Positions 11,730 through 25,790 of a stretch of 46,508 bases of DNA are shown piece by piece. Every line of letters begins with the position of its first letter. Within the stretch, counting starts at the first letter, position 1. This DNA is from Thelocarpon superellum (Eukaryota). The position numbers were made by a program, and so were the translations under genes. The notes below the pieces were generated by a model. That model did no database searches. It worked only from the letters and a program-made list of their open reading frames with translations, and had not been told where the DNA came from. The stretch is from positions 1 to 46,508 of the forward strand of contig JAPEUG010000102.1 of NCBI GenBank assembly GCA_026025795.1, read 5' to 3'.

Positions 11730-14700
11730 ATGGACGAGCTCTTCGACGTCTTCGACGCTCCGGCCCCCACCGCATCAGCGCCGTCCAACACCGCCAAGGC
11801 CCCTTCCAGCCAGGACAAGAGCAAGAAACGAGGACCCAATGGAGATTTCAAGCCCACAAACGGTGCGGGGGGTGGGGATGAAAATGTCCGGATGCTGGAT
11901 GTTGCACCCACACCGCCAGAGCCCGCTGACATTGTGACGGACGGCGGACTCGGGGAGCTGCCCGAGCCCAAGCGCCAACGCCGCGATCTCGAGCCCGAGC
12001 CCGTCGTCACCGATTCCTTTGAGACGGAGCAGTCTCGCGAGGTGGCCGCCTCGGCGGGCTTGCAAGGAAGCAAAGAGGGCAAGGACAGCGCCGTCGTCTT
12101 GTCGCACCAGGTCCGGCATCAAGTCGCCCTGCCGCCCGACTATGACTACGTCCCCATCTCGCAGCACAAGCCGCCCGAGACGCCGGCCCGGACGTGGCCC
12201 TTCACTCTCGATCCCTTCCAGCAAGTGTCTATCGCCTCCATCGAGCGCGGCGAGAGCGTGCTCGTGTCCGCCCACACCAGCGCCGGCAAGACCGTGGTGG
12301 CCGAGTACGCCATCGCCCAGAGCTTGCGGAACAACCAGCGCGTCATCTACACCAGCCCCATCAAGGCCCTGAGCAACCAAAAGTACCGCGAGTTCACGGC
12401 CGAGTTTGGCGACGTGGGCCTGATGACGGGCGACGTCACCATCAACCCGACGGCGACGTGCCTGGTGATGACGACGGAGATCCTCCGGTCCATGCTGTAT
12501 CGCGGGTCGGAGATCATGCGCGAGGTGGCCTGGGTCGTCTTCGACGAGATCCACTACCTGCGCGACAAGGCGCGTGGCGTGGTGTGGGAGGAGACGATCA
12601 TCCTGCTGCCGGACAAGGTGCGCTACGTCTTCCTGTCGGCCACCATCCCCAACGCCATGCAGTTCGCCGAGTGGATCACCAAGACGCACAGCCAACCCTG
12701 CCACGTCGTTTACACGGACTTCCGGCCGACGCCACTGCAGCACTATTTCTTCCCCGCCGGCGCCGACGGCATCCACCTGGTCGTGGACGAGAAGGGCCAG
12801 TTCCGCGAGGACAACTTCCAAAAAGCCATGACCTCCATCGCCGACGCGCACGGCGACGATCCGGCCGACGCGTCGGCGAAGCGGCGGGGCAAGGGCAAGG
12901 ACAAGAAGCTGCATAAGGGGGGCACCAAGGGCCCGTCGGACATTTACAAGATCGTCAAGATGATCATGCTCAAGAACTACAACCCCGTCATCGTCTTCAG
13001 CTTTAGCAAGCGCGAGTGCGAGGCGTACGCGCTGCAGATGAGCAGCATCGCCTTCAACGACGACTCGGAGAAGGCCATGGTGGCCAAGGTGTTCAACAGC
13101 GCCATCGAGATGCTGTCGGAGGAAGATAAGACGCTGCCGCAGATCCAGCACATCCTGCCGCTCCTGCGGCGCGGCATCGGCGTGCACCACTCGGGCCTGC
13201 TGCCGATCCTCAAGGAGACCATCGAGATCCTCTTCCAGGAGGGCCTCATCAAGGTGCTCTTCGCCACCGAGACCTTCTCCATCGGCCTCAACATGCCGGC
13301 CAAGACCGTCGTCTTCACCAGCGTGCGCAAGTTCGACGGCGTCAGCCAACGCTGGGTCACGCCTTCGGAGTTTGTGCAGATGTCGGGCCGAGCCGGGCGC
13401 CGCGGGCTCGACGATCGCGGCATCGTCATCATGATGATTGACGAGAAGATGGAGCCCGACGTGGCCAAGGAGATCGTGCGCGGCGAGCAGGACAAGCTCA
13501 ACTCCGCCTTCCACCTCGGCTACAACATGATCCTCAACCTGATGCGTGTCGAGGGCATCTCGCCCGACTTCATGCTCGAGCATTGCTTCTACCAGTTTCA
13601 GAACACGGCCAGCGTCGCCGGGCTTGAGACGGAGCTGCGCGAGCTAGCGGCGACGCGCGCCGCCCTGGCCATCCCCGACGAGCCGGCGATCCGCGAGTAC
13701 TATGAGCTGCGCCAGCAGCTGACCACCTACACCCAGGACATGCGCGACGTCATCAACCACCCCAACTACAGCCTGCCCTTCATGCAGCCCGGCCGGCTGG
13801 TGCGCATCAAGCACGGCGCGCACGACTTTGGCTGGGGCGCCGTCGTGAACTGGACCAAGCGCCGGCCCGAGCCGAGCGGGCGTGGACGCCGCGGCGGCGG
13901 CGGCGGCGGCGACGCCGAGGCGGCGCCGTCGCCACAGCAGGCGCACGTGCTGGACGTGCTGCTACGCGTCGCCGACGACACGGGCGCCGTCGGCACGCAG
14001 ACGCACCAGGAGCTGCCGCCGGGGGTACGGCCGCCGGCGGCGGGGGCGGCGGGCAAGATGGAGGTGGTGCCGGTGCTGCTGTCGTGTGTCGAGGCCATCG
14101 GGCACGTGCGCGTCTTCCTGCCCAAGGACCTCAAGAACGCAGAGCAGCGCAACACGATGCGCAAGGCGCTGGACGAGGTGCAGAAGCGCTTCCCCGACGG
14201 GCTCGCCGTGCTGGACCCGGTGGAGAACATGGGCATCACGGACGACGCCTTCCGCAAACTGCTCCGCAAGATCGAGATCCTCGAGTCGCGCCTGCTGTCG
14301 AATCCGCTGCACCACTCCCCGCGCCTGCCGGAGCGCTACAACCAGTACGCGCACAAGATGGCGCTGTCGGAGCAGATCAAGGCGGTGCAGCGCCACATCA
14401 CCGCCGCCCTGTCCATCATGCAGCTGGACGAGCTCAAGTGCCGCAAGCGCGTGCTGCGCCGCCTCGGCTTCATCAACGACGCCGACGTGGTGCAGCTCAA
14501 GGCACGGGTGGCGTGCGAGATCAGCACGGGCGACGAGCTGCTGCTGAGCGAGCTGCTCTTCAACCGCTTTTTCAACGAGCTGACGCCCGAGCAGTGCGCC
14601 GCGCTGCTGAGCTGCTTCATCTTCGAGGAGAAGAGCGAGGGCAAGGCGGTCCAGGACGAGCTGGCCAAGCCCTTCCACGACATCCAGGCGCACGCGCGCA

Positions 14701-15077
14701 TCATCGCCAAGGTGTCGCAGGAGAGCAAGCTCGCGCTCAACGAGGACGAGTACGTGGCCACGTTCAAGCACGAGCTTATGGAGGTCGTCTCCGCCTGGGC
14801 CCACGGCGCCTCCTTTGCCCAGATCTGGTGAGCGGCCCGCCCCGCCGGCCGAGGCCGCGCACAACGCACGGCGCACAAGTGCTAACGTGGGCGCAGCAAG
14901 TTGACGGACGTGTATGAGGGCAGCTTGATCCGCCTCTTCCGCCGGCTCGAGGAGCTGCTCCGGCAGATGGCCGAGGCGGCGCGGGTCATGGGCAGCGACG
15001 ACCTGAAGCAGAAGTTCGAGACGGCCCTGAGCAAGGTCAAGCGCGACATCGTCGCCGCACAGTCTTTGTACCTGTAG
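11730..15077 (+). CDS. MTR4: Ski2-like DExH RNA helicase Mtr4; intron 14828-14896
   Basis: [35 protein letters not shown], arch/KOW region, C-terminal DVYEGSLIR...[12 protein letters not shown]. Confidence 0.97.
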
Positions 15078-15714
15078 CCGCACGGCCAGGAGAAACGTCT
15101 CAGCCTCCGGTGGAGGTGCCATCCGGCAGCCAAGGCACGACCGCACGCTGGGTCAGCAGTAGCTTCGCAGTAGCGGTGTAGGCAGGGGCCGGCGCGTGAA
15201 CTAGCCGATGCGGATGCAGGATAGATCCATTCCTTCCGAATATCGATCGTGGTGGACCTGCCCGCCACAGATATCGCGCTCGTGAGTCAAGTCATTGCTC
15301 TGAGGTTGTGACGTCCGTGGGCCTCAGACCGGACGGGGTACACGATTCTTTGGCCGCCGAACGGAGGGCGAGTACGGTGTGCAGGAGAGCGTGGAGAAAG
15401 ATGAGTGTTAGGAATAACATAGTCGCTGCGCGGCCCCAGCACGTGACTTAGCATAGTAGTGGAGCAGCGCTGGCCCTGGGGACTGCGACCCTACTGTCAA
15501 TCAATGGGCCTACCGCTGCTGGTCTTCCTCCCCGATCGCGCGAGCGCTGTAACAATGAGCGTCTCCTCGGTACGACGAGAGGAGAGCGTGCTTGGTACGA
15601 GAGTACCCTCACGGGCATGTTACGCGGACCCGTACTGCAGCTGTCTCGTCCGGTCGGCTGTCTCTCGTGCTCTGTGTCCCTCCATCCCTTCGTTCCAGTA
15701 ACATGGTGTTCGCC

Positions 15715-15762
15715 TGTTCCTCTGTTACTCTGTTCCTCTGTTACTCTGTTCCTCTGTTCCTC
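15715..15762. repeat. (TGTTMCTC)x6 octamer repeat
   Basis: Six units of TGTTCCTC/TGTTACTC. Confidence 0.85.
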
Positions 15763-17098
15763 GGCACCTACCGAGATAGTGCTCACGGAACAGCTGCAGC
15801 TGCAGCACGCTGCACCCCGATCGGTGCTAAGAACGAGCCCGGTCCATGCCGGCGCCGAGGATAGGCGGGAGAGGTGACCGGTCCAGACGTCCAGGTCGAC
15901 CAGACGTAAGACGTGTCAGAGCATGGTAAGCAGCTGTACGAAGTACTCCCGTACTTCGTACAGTCCCTCGTAGGTACAGAGGACTGTGCCATCGGTGCGA
16001 GGACCTGCCGACCTCGACCTCGACCGTGCAGAAGTGGAACGTCTACCGTCGGCGTCATCGTAGGTTAGCCGTAACCGTAACCGCAAGGTCTTCGTAGCTC
16101 GCGCGTGCCCGCAACGCCCGTCCGGCTCGGACCACATCCTGACCGGAGCGCGGGATCAGCTCCAGGCTTAACTGGAAGCTCATTGGCGCTGCGTCATTGG
16201 GCGGGCGGATGTGCTGCAGATACCGTGCCTAGCAGGAGCTGCTAACGTCCCATCGACTGGACAGGGGATTTCGTGCGCGGGTCCGCAACGAGGTACTTCG
16301 TACATCCAGGATCGTGCGTACCTCCGCCGGTACCTCGTACTATACCATGCTGCAGGCCTGCTGGATTTCTCTATCGCCGATGCATCCCACTTCACCGCTC
16401 AACATCCTTATCCTGCCTTCCGCCAGGTGAAGCTCCTCGCTCGCCACAGCGTCTTCTTCCTCCCTCCTCCCCTCCGCCCCCGCCCCCCCATCGACCGGAC
16501 CAGTCGCCGGCGGCTCCCTCCATCGCTGCTCATCGCTGCCCCGCCGTGCCCGCGCCCCTGCGCGTGCCCCGTCGCACCCGTGCTCCACCAGCTTGGGCAT
16601 ATCTCCCCATGACCGGCGGCCCGCCTCCGCCCTCCGCTCTTCGCCTCCCGCTCCTCCGCCGCCGCGTCCGGCGTGGCACCAACGACCGTCGTCCCGTAGA
16701 CCGGACTCCGACGCAGAACATCATCCCCATCGTCGGGACGTGACGCACCCCAGCTCGTCGTCAATGCTCTTCGCCGCACCCCACCCGCGCCATTGCTCAT
16801 GAGAGCGCGCGTCGCGTTCTCCTCGTCGCTCGTTCCACACCACCGTCGCCGACCGTTGTTCTTGTCTCACGCTCCCTCCACCTGGCGGTCCTAGTGCGTG
16901 CGGTCTGTTTTCTATCTGCGGCATTGGACGAATAGCTAACGCGGTCCAGGCCAAGGCGGCAGTCTGCAGCTTTGGGCGCCAGCCGTTTGGTCTGCGTAAC
17001 GTGCGCGCTCGGTCGATGAAGAAGGCCGCCCCGTCCTGAGCCCGTACTCGACGGTGCCTCGAATTCCTTGAGCCGGGGCCCGCTCCGTCGCTCCTTCA

Positions 17099-20000
17099 AT
17101 GCCCGCCATGGAGCCCTCGTCCGCGCCGCTGGCGGATTACTTCTGGATCGCCGGCGTCGACTCCCTCTCCTATGGCCAGCATCTGCATCTCAACCTCAAC
17201 GGCGACAAGAGCACCAACGGCAACCACGCGGCTCCCATCGCCTCCACCATCGATGAGGACAGCGCCTTAGAGACGCCTCACCGGCCGGCCATGTCGCCCG
17301 ACGTCTCGCCGGGGGCCTCTCCCACCCGTGAACATTTTGGCACCGTCAAGCGCCTCTCAAAATTGTCCTTTGACGCCCCCAAATCGCTCAGACAAGCTCC
17401 GGGCGAGGTGCCGCCAACCGGAAGCAACCGGAGCAGCACGACCATCAAGGGCGTCCAGATCAATGGCTCCGCCGGGGAGCTCAATGATTTCGACTTTGAC
17501 CAGGCCTTGAAGAAGTTCGCCTCCGAGCGGGACAGCTTCTTGAATGAGCTTTCCTTCAGCGCCGGCCTCGTCCAGCCCGGCCGGTCGACCGGCTATGCCG
17601 CGACGCCGGTAGGGGCCAGTGATGATCCCACCGGCCTGAGATCCACCGCCGGTAGTGTCCGCCGTCGCATCTCCTTTCGCGACCTCAGCAGCATGAAGCG
17701 GCAGCCCTCGATGGCCCGGACAGGTATGATCCTCCATGGCGCCGGTGACGGCTCCTTGTGCTGACGGCCCACGTGGGCACAGCTTCCGTACGGACCTCCA
17801 AACGCTTGAGCAACTACAACTCCGTCATCCCGGCGCCACAGCCCCTCAACCTCTCCCCGAACATGCACCCGCTCAAGCGCAAGTTTGAACCCGTCCTGCT
17901 AGACCGCTATCCCCCAAAGGCTATGATGGAAGAGACGAGACGTCGAGGTCCCTTTCCCGACTACGTGCCCATGTTCGCCTTCCCCAACGACGTCACCATC
18001 GTCTCGGCCGATGAGCAACCGCGCGCGACGTGGCATGGCTTCGCTATGACCTCGGCGGACAACTCACGCCTCTACGGCATCTGCGTCACCGTCTGGCTGC
18101 CGCTCAAGCCCGACGCGGCACAGGAGATCGAGCGACAGTGCGAGGAGTGGCGGCGGGACAACATGACCAACGAGGAACGAGAGCTGGCCAACAGCCTGGG
18201 GGAGCGGCTGGCCGTCGAGCGGGCGAGACTCTCGGAGCACCTGGCCCGACTACCCTCCGTCGCGTCGGGATCGCTGGCCCGAGAGGCGCTGGAGGATCAG
18301 ATCAGCGCCATCGAGGAGCGCATCGGGCTGATGACGGACTTGCTCCGACCGGTGCGGCATGGTGCTGCCGCCAAGATCGATGGCCTCACCGATGGCGAAA
18401 CGGGCTTGTGGATCCCTCGCGTCTACGGCATCTTGGGCCGTGATGCGAGCTTGACGACCTTCTGGAAGGAGTGGCTCCGCGCCATCACCGTGCCCATGAT
18501 GAACGGTGCCATCTTACGCGTGCCGGCCAGCTCCCCCAGGGTCGGTATGTGGCAGCCGCTGGAGCGATATGTCGTCAATCTGTGCGCCGAGGCCTTGAGC
18601 CCCATCTCGTCCAAGACCCAGGTCGAGATTGCCATCCGGGAGTTGCGGCTCTTTGCGCGGAAGGAGGCCGTCAACGAATTACCTGGGTCTCGTAACGTAG
18701 GTTCCCACACGCCCGCACCTCTTCCGGATCGCACCACTCACTGACCGGGGCGCGCACCAGACGGATTTCTACGCTCTCTTCCGTGCACTATCCATCCCCA
18801 ACGTCATGAGTCTCTTTGAGGTAGGACTCATGTCGAGCCCGGCGCAGCGCCCCCTGCCCAGCGACTAATCTTCACCCGCGTAGTTTGTGCTCTCGGAATC
18901 GCGCATCATCCTCCTCTCCTCCCACACCTCGATGCTCCACTTGGTCAGCCGCTGTTTGGTCAGCCTCCTATACCCCCTCACCTGGTCGTGCATCTTCATC
19001 CCCGTGCTTCCCGCGCGTCTGTTGTCCGCCCTCGACGCGCCGTGTCCGTACATCGTCGGCATCGAGCGGCGATATGACAAGATCGAGCTTCCCGAAGACG
19101 ACTTTGTCTTGGTGGACCTCGATGAGAATCGCATCGAGAGCACCGCGATGCCCATTGCGCTGCCCCGCGCGCAACGGCGCAAATTGGCCTCACTCCTCCA
19201 GTTGGCGGCGCCTCACCACAACCGTTTTGGGGTGCCGGTTGGCCCGCCCGCCTACGCCATTGAGACCTTTCCCCATGATGCTTTCTCGTCGGAGAATGCG
19301 TCGCTCTTCACCCCCGTGGCACCGCCGAGCACGCTGGCCAAATACGCCAGCCTCAACTCGGCCGCCTTTGGCGCCGTCGATGCCGATGCCAAGGGCGTGG
19401 TCAAGCCTCCCGTCTTCAATGCCTTCTTACAGGCTCGACAAGACCCGACGACGAAGCCGCATTCGCCCGAGTCTCCCAAGTTGTCTCCCACCACCACCGC
19501 CTCGCCGCCATTGCCCATGACGCCCACATCGCGAAACGACTCGGGCTTCTCGCTGGCGGCGACGTTGCGGGAGAAGCGGTCAGGGCACTTTGACAATTCC
19601 TCGCGCCGGAGCTCGTCGGTAATGATTTCAGCTTGCTTTCCCCCTTCCCTGCTGGATGCTGACGTAGATCATGACAGTTCGGAATGGACCGTGGGCCGGG
19701 CTTGCGACGACCGAGCATCCCCTTCAGCCATCACACGTCCAGTCTGTCGATGACGGCCATGTCGGGCGACCATTTTGCTCCGTCCAGCTACGCGCAATCG
19801 ACCATCGCCGCTTCGACCATCATGCCAACCCTGCTGGTACAGCCGGTGAAGAACAGTGACAACACTTCGTGGGTCGAGGGTCATTGTTTGCAGTGGCGAG
19901 ATCTCGACGATAACTCTACCTGTGCCATCTGCGATGAAAAGGTAGAGGAGGGCTCATATGGATGCTCCGGTGAGTTCGGCCTGGTTGGATTGTGACGCCC

Positions 20001-20799
20001 AGGCTGACGGTTCATCAGGCTGCCATCTCTCTGCGCACCCGCGATGTGCCGAGCGCATCAGTCTCGTGTGCCCCGTCGCCTTTCATCCGGATCAGGTGCA
20101 GGTAGCATTCGTTCGGTGCTTCGCGAGCCTGCTCTACACCTATCGGAAGTATCTGCACCCGGCCGCTGGAGACCAGAAGAAGTCGGGCAAGTTGTATCAA
20201 TTCCACATGGAGGGCTTCTTGAAGAGCATGCCGCGGGAAAATGCCGAATATGTGCAGATGCTGCGGCAGACCCAAGGTAGGCGTGATGGATCAGATGCCT
20301 CGATCAGCACTGACGAAACCGTCTTCTCTAGCCTTCAACGAGTTTATTCATGAGCGCGAGACGACCAAGCCCAACGATCCGTCCATCATGCTCTTTGACC
20401 AGATCATCTTGGCGAAGCGGAATCGCGGACGAACGTCGCTGTTCTCCAAGTCCAGTACGTACTCGTGCACGGCAAAGAAAGGTCTCCCTAACCACCCGGC
20501 GCAGATACGGGCTTCTTACAAGATTCCGAGGATCATCTCTGGCGATCCGCGGCGGCGATGCCACCGAGCAGTCGATTTTCGGGGGATTACCGGCAAGTGA
20601 CGAGTCGAAGTGCGTATCATGACCGGACATGGTCGGTCCGATCCTCGCTGACCTGGCGGCCACAGTCCCGGCCAAGCTCGATCCCGCCCTCCTGAAAGAG
20701 CCGCGCGTCATCCAAGGCGCCCCACGGATCTCAACCGCCAAGACGCGCCGGAAACCGATCCCGTCGATGCTGGGAGTCAGTACTATGACGTCACGATGA
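17099..20799 (+). CDS. DENN-domain protein (uDENN/cDENN/C1-like zinc finger/dDENN), putative Rab GEF; exons 17099-17723, 17783-18696, 18761-18820, 18884-19618, 19678-19969, 20019-20276, 20332-20454, 20505-20609, 20666-20799
   Basis: LADYFWIAG, PVLLDRYPP, FPDYVPMFAFPND, LLYPLTWSCIFIPVLP, APCPYIVG; C1-like H...CAIC...CSGC...H..C...C; eight introns restore the frame. Confidence 0.9.
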
Positions 20800-21542
20800 G
20801 AGCAATTGTGTTTCACCGCGCCATGTATGCGGTCTTCACCAAGCGAAGAGAGACGAGAAGAGTCTGTAAGGAAGCGGGAAAGAAAGGATCCGCACCGATT
20901 TAGGGCGTGTCGCGTGTGGCCTTCGTGTCATGTCTGAGTGGATCTCCATCCCGCGTGATTGGACACTGAGGGTATGAGACGGAGATGGAGAGAACGAGGC
21001 ATCCTCTTGTCGTGACTTTTGCAAGGCGGGCGGGCGGCTTCTTGTATGATCGTGTCGTTTTCTATCTGTCTCATCGCCTGCCGTCTGCCGTCTCTTGATG
21101 GAGGAGTGGACGAGTGGACGAGCGGAGTCTACTCGATTGTAATCTCACGAATGAAACGTCTGTCTGTCGGTCTGTCCGAGAGGACGATTTCTTTCCATCC
21201 TCCCTTCCAATCTACCGGTAACTAAATGTCATATGCCATGTAGGACTCGCGCCCACCTATTCTCTCCAATGAGGGAGCTACTCCTGTTCGCTATGCGAAC
21301 TCCCTCACGACACCAAAGTAACGAATGAGTGAGTGAATGAGTGAAATGAATCAGAAAAGCCCACAATGCATCAAGAAAAAAAGAAGCCAAGGAACAACGG
21401 GTGCTTGATTCACATGCCAATGTCGCTCCTCCAGTCTTTCGTGTAGTATCTCGTATGTCGCACGCTGTATGCTGTCTGTCCTGCGTATCCCTGACTACAA
21501 GTCCTGGATGCGTCCTGAGTATAAATTCCATATGTACTAGTC

Positions 21543-23025
21543 CTAGCTCTCGAGGTCGGTCAGATCGGCGTAGCTCGTCGCGTTGCTAGAGGCCGCCGCG
21601 GTCCCGTTCGAAGTTGTGGTCACGTTCCCCGCCGTCACGTTCCAGTCCGGAAAGTAGTCGGCTGTGATGTCTTCCACTTGCGCCTCTGCCTGGGGGCTCA
21701 GATCGAATTCGGAGTCATCGTCGTCGTCGCCACCATTGTCGCCCTCGGCACCCGACGTGTCGATGGAATTGGATCCATCTAACGATGGTAACGATGACAG
21801 CCGTCTCCTTGACGCGGTGCGGCAGACGAAGCTTGCGCCATGTACGCCCACACAAGGCACGTAATGGAGCTGGTTCTGCGGCCCGCCCCAGCCCTCGCCA
21901 CCCCCGAAGAACCTCCACGCGTTGGCTAGACGTCCCATGGCAAAATCTTTAAAATCCTGTGCGACCGTTGGATCTCCTAGCTGCTGCGCCAGGTATAGGC
22001 CCATCATCTCTGCCGATCTCTGATATGGCACGGTCAAGAACTCAATGTATGCTTGGAGTACGCGTCCCGCATCTTCGCCGAAGGAGGCTTTCTGGATGAA
22101 CTCTGACATCCGGTTTGGATCGCCCTGGTGCGCGCGGCGCTCGTTAGCTCGTGGTGCTTCTCTCAGATCCTTGGGCGGGGAGGGCCATTTCAGGAGGACA
22201 TCCGCCTCGTTGCGCTTTCGGATGATGGCAAGGTGGCACGTACCGCGATTAGAGTGCCTGCAGCTTTATTCATCCACCCCGGGACTAGTATCGTGTTGAC
22301 AACGGTGTTGAGAATTGATCTGTGGGCCATAGTTTTCACAAAATCCTGGCCTTGGATCAAAACTGCAATGGTGGAGGTCCGATCTTTCAGGGCTACCTAC
22401 CGACGATACTTTGTACGGCACGTCTTGTCTCAGCTTGTAACTGTAAGATGGTCCAGAGTCCCTCGGAAGGTAACGCCATGTGAATTGCCACACCATGCTG
22501 ACGGGAAGAATGTGTTCCACGGTCAGCCATGACGGGATGTTCTGGATCTTACTCGCCATCACTCCAGCGACGCGGCCACTCGCTTCAACCACGGCCACGA
22601 TGCCACAGGCCAGGATTTCTCTTCTCAGCACTATCAACCCGTCAGCGGTCTGATGCCACGTCGCCGCGACGATGAGGAAGAATCGACACACCTGCAGAAT
22701 GCTTGGCTGCAAGCCGGGTCGCTTTTACGGCTGTCGTAGTTCCCGCCTCTTGTGGCCTTCTCTTCCGCAGTCCATCATGGATGATTGGGGGTTTTGCTTG
22801 CGCGGGTCGCTGTTGCGGCTGCTGTGGCTGCTGCGTAGGGAGATACTGGTAGAAGCCAAATGACTCGCCAGGGTCGGGGGCAGTCAGGTTGAAACTGGCG
22901 CTTACGCAGGTGGAGTTGTCATCGCCTCCGCGTCGCCCTAGCTGAGGGGCTATGGGCGAGGCGGAGCACAAAGACGACGACGCGGCAATCAGGGCCAGGA
23001 TGGGGAGAAATTGGCCCCGAATCAT
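21543..23025 (-). CDS. Putative secreted protein (~415 aa) with HNH/His-Me-finger-like motifs; proposed exons 23025-22692, 22630-22401, 22345-22244, 22124-21543
   Basis: Signal peptide MIRGQFLPILALIAASSSLCSASP, basic cleavage sites (RR, RKRR), three GT-AG introns joining ORFs in frame; middle intron is the least certain. Confidence 0.6.
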
Positions 23026-23730
23026 ATTGACGAGAATGACATGGACAACGACACTGGCAACGACACTGGCAACGACACCTTCTGGGTACAGAGCCCCATG
23101 ACAGTTTCAGTCCACACCCCATGGATGGTGGGGATGCGTCGAGCTTATATTTGGTCAGCTGGGCCATTGCACTGGCGCAAGGCCCATATGTCATGGTCAC
23201 AGAGACCACAAGGTTTGTTTCGAGTTCGTTGTTCTCAGCTCGAACAACCCGAGGCGAGATTCTCCAACGCATGGAAAGAGTTGATCGAGTCAAGCATCGG
23301 GTGCAACTGAGGTGGACGACCGACAGATCCGAACGTTGACGGGCAGGCGAAGGCTTAGCTGGCCAAAAATAGGTTTGCAGCAGAGTCGCATGATGGCAGT
23401 CCAGCTACGAGTCGCCCGTAAGCTTGGATCATGGATGTCGAAACCGTCACAGAGCCTGCCAAGGTAAGTCATGCAGCACGGCTCGAGCCGATGACCACCC
23501 CAGCATACCAACCTCGACACTGCTCGTTTACAAGTATGTTGGTCGTGGGATGAAAGGGTCGGTCACGTGCTTACGCGACGAATACGTCGAGATTTGGTGA
23601 ATGGCCGAGGGAGCTCCAGTTCGACTCGCCTACCATTCCATATAATCGGGCGGCGGTGGCAAACTGAGGGGCACTTCGGGGTCAGTGTCACGAACTTGGC
23701 CTGTTTCGACATCCGCCTGAGGAGCACACC

Positions 23731-25062
23731 ATGGCTACGACCACATGGTCAGCGAGAGCACAGGCTCCAATGGCGCAGACAGCCACGAAGCGCGAGAACA
23801 GCTCGAGACCATTGATAGCCGCCACCCCGTCGGCCGTCGCTGGTCGAAAACGCAAGACCACAATCGACCTGGATTCTCCCGCGCGCCCCGACCACTCTTC
23901 ACCTCCCAACTCGTCGCAAAGCCAGAAGCGGAGAAAGCCGGCGGCCACGCCGACGCCGAAGAGCCATCTCGCTAAGACCAGCGTGATGGGTCGGACGCCG
24001 GCGGTCCAGGAGTCTTCCCGCACCAAGGCCGCCAAAGCCCCAGCCAAAGTCAAAGCGGGGTTGCCGGCCGCTCCGCCCGAGGAGAAGCGGCGCAAACGGT
24101 ATGTGGAAGTTTGGAAAGATGAGAACAGCAACTGAAAGGTCCCATCAGCTTCCGAGACCACCCGCCAATCGTCTTCCAAGACCGGCTCGCGAGAGTCTTG
24201 ACTCAGAGGTGGGTTCCGTCACCATGGGCGAGCCGGCCGCGCAATGCTGATTGCTACAGGATGTTCGTGCTCGATCGCGGCTCCAGCGGTGAGGGGGATG
24301 CGTACCAGGAGACCTTTGAGATGGCAGGTTCCACCGGGAACGTCTACACCATCACCGTTGGCCACGTCCCCTCGTGCACCTGTCCCGATCACCGCGTCTC
24401 GGGGAATCAATGCAAGCACATCATCTATGTCCTGGTGAATGTTCTCAAAGCCCCAGCACACTTACAGTACCAGGCGGCCTTCCTGACCGCCGTACGTCCA
24501 CGGAGAATATCGTGGTCGAGCCCTGCTGACGGTGTGGATAGGAGCTGAAAGACATCTTCGAACACGCTCCCCGCTCTTCCACCGCGCAAGCCGAGACCGG
24601 CGAGCGCGACGGCAGGCGGAGACCAATTGAGGGGGAGTGCCCCATCTGCGTCCTCGACTTAGAGCCGGCCCACGAAGAGATTGTCTATTGTCGCGCGTCG
24701 TGCGGAAACAACCTGCATCAAGAGTGCTTCCGCCGATGGGCTGCGAGCAAGCGGGGCGCCCCTGTCACCTGCGTATACTGGTAAGGCTGCCCATGCCATG
24801 CGACCAAACACGGCTGACGCGTCATGGACAGTCGTGCACCATGGCAAGAGGACGAGGCCGCGATGGCGAAAATTGCCGCATTGGGGGCAAAGACCAGAGA
24901 GGGCTACGTCAATGTGGCTTCGCAGCTGGGCCTGTCCGGTCAACGAGGTCGGCCCAGGCTGAGCCCCATTACTCGCACAGATGACCTAACCCCCTTGATG
25001 ACGCAGATATTTCCACGTACCATGCGCCCTGGGTACGACGGAAGTACGGTTACGGTTACTAA
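23731..25062 (+). CDS. SWIM zinc finger + RING finger protein (ZSWIM2/MEKK1-like module); introns 24099-24148, 24209-24259, 24492-24541, 24781-24831, 24948-25006
   Basis: GSTGNVYTI..PSCTCPD...CKHIIYV (SWIM); CPIC...CRASCGNNLHQECF..W...CVYCRAPW (RING); GYVNVA. Confidence 0.9.
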
Positions 25063-25790
25063 GCCCTGCCGCCGTCCTTGCTGGGCCCTACTGCACGGTC
25101 CGTGGGGTGAGAAGTCTTTGCATTTGATGATGAAATGACGAGCGAATTCTAGAGAGTGGCGAGGCGGTGCTCCGGACGCTTATGCTCTTCCGTTGCGGGT
25201 CCGCCGTTGGTAGGGAGTAGTATCCACGACTCGGCCAATGATCGACTCGTCGAGGAGAGACATGGCTCGAGGACGGCAGAGCCATGTCCAAGGAGGGACG
25301 GCCATCTACCAGGTAGCAGGGTGGATACCGCGCGGTGCCCATAAATGGCGCGAGCGTCTTGCCAAGCGCTTGGTGGCACGACTGGTTGTGCATGCGCGGT
25401 GTGGAAGCACGATAACCGTCGATGAACTTCTCGGCAGCCTTGCACTGGCCCCACTAAAGGGAGAATTTTCTCTCGGGACCCCGACACCCCAGGCCCCGGG
25501 ACCGGTCGGACCTGCCTGCGGTCGTTGACCGTGTGGCCTGGAGTCGATGCGCCTTCGGATGGCAGTGTTCTGGCAGACGCCTCCTAAGAAGAACGGCATG
25601 AGAGAGGCCGGGAAAGCTCATGACCAGGGTGTAGCGGGGCCGGCGTATGGCAGCCAGTCGTCTCAGTGAGGCGGAAGCGAATGATGCGGCTTCGTCTCGC
25701 TTACGACCGTGATCGACGGTGGCTTCAGTACTTCGTGAGCGGCTGTGCGCCCATGTCCACGGCCATTTAGTGCTCGACTATGTTCACTAC

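Noticed and set aside
11775..15146. Long antisense ORFs (602 aa, 394 aa) opposite MTR4, and similar ones opposite MVD1, GLR1 and the 36467 gene
   Set aside because: Expected shadow of strong GC3 codon bias; no recognisable motifs
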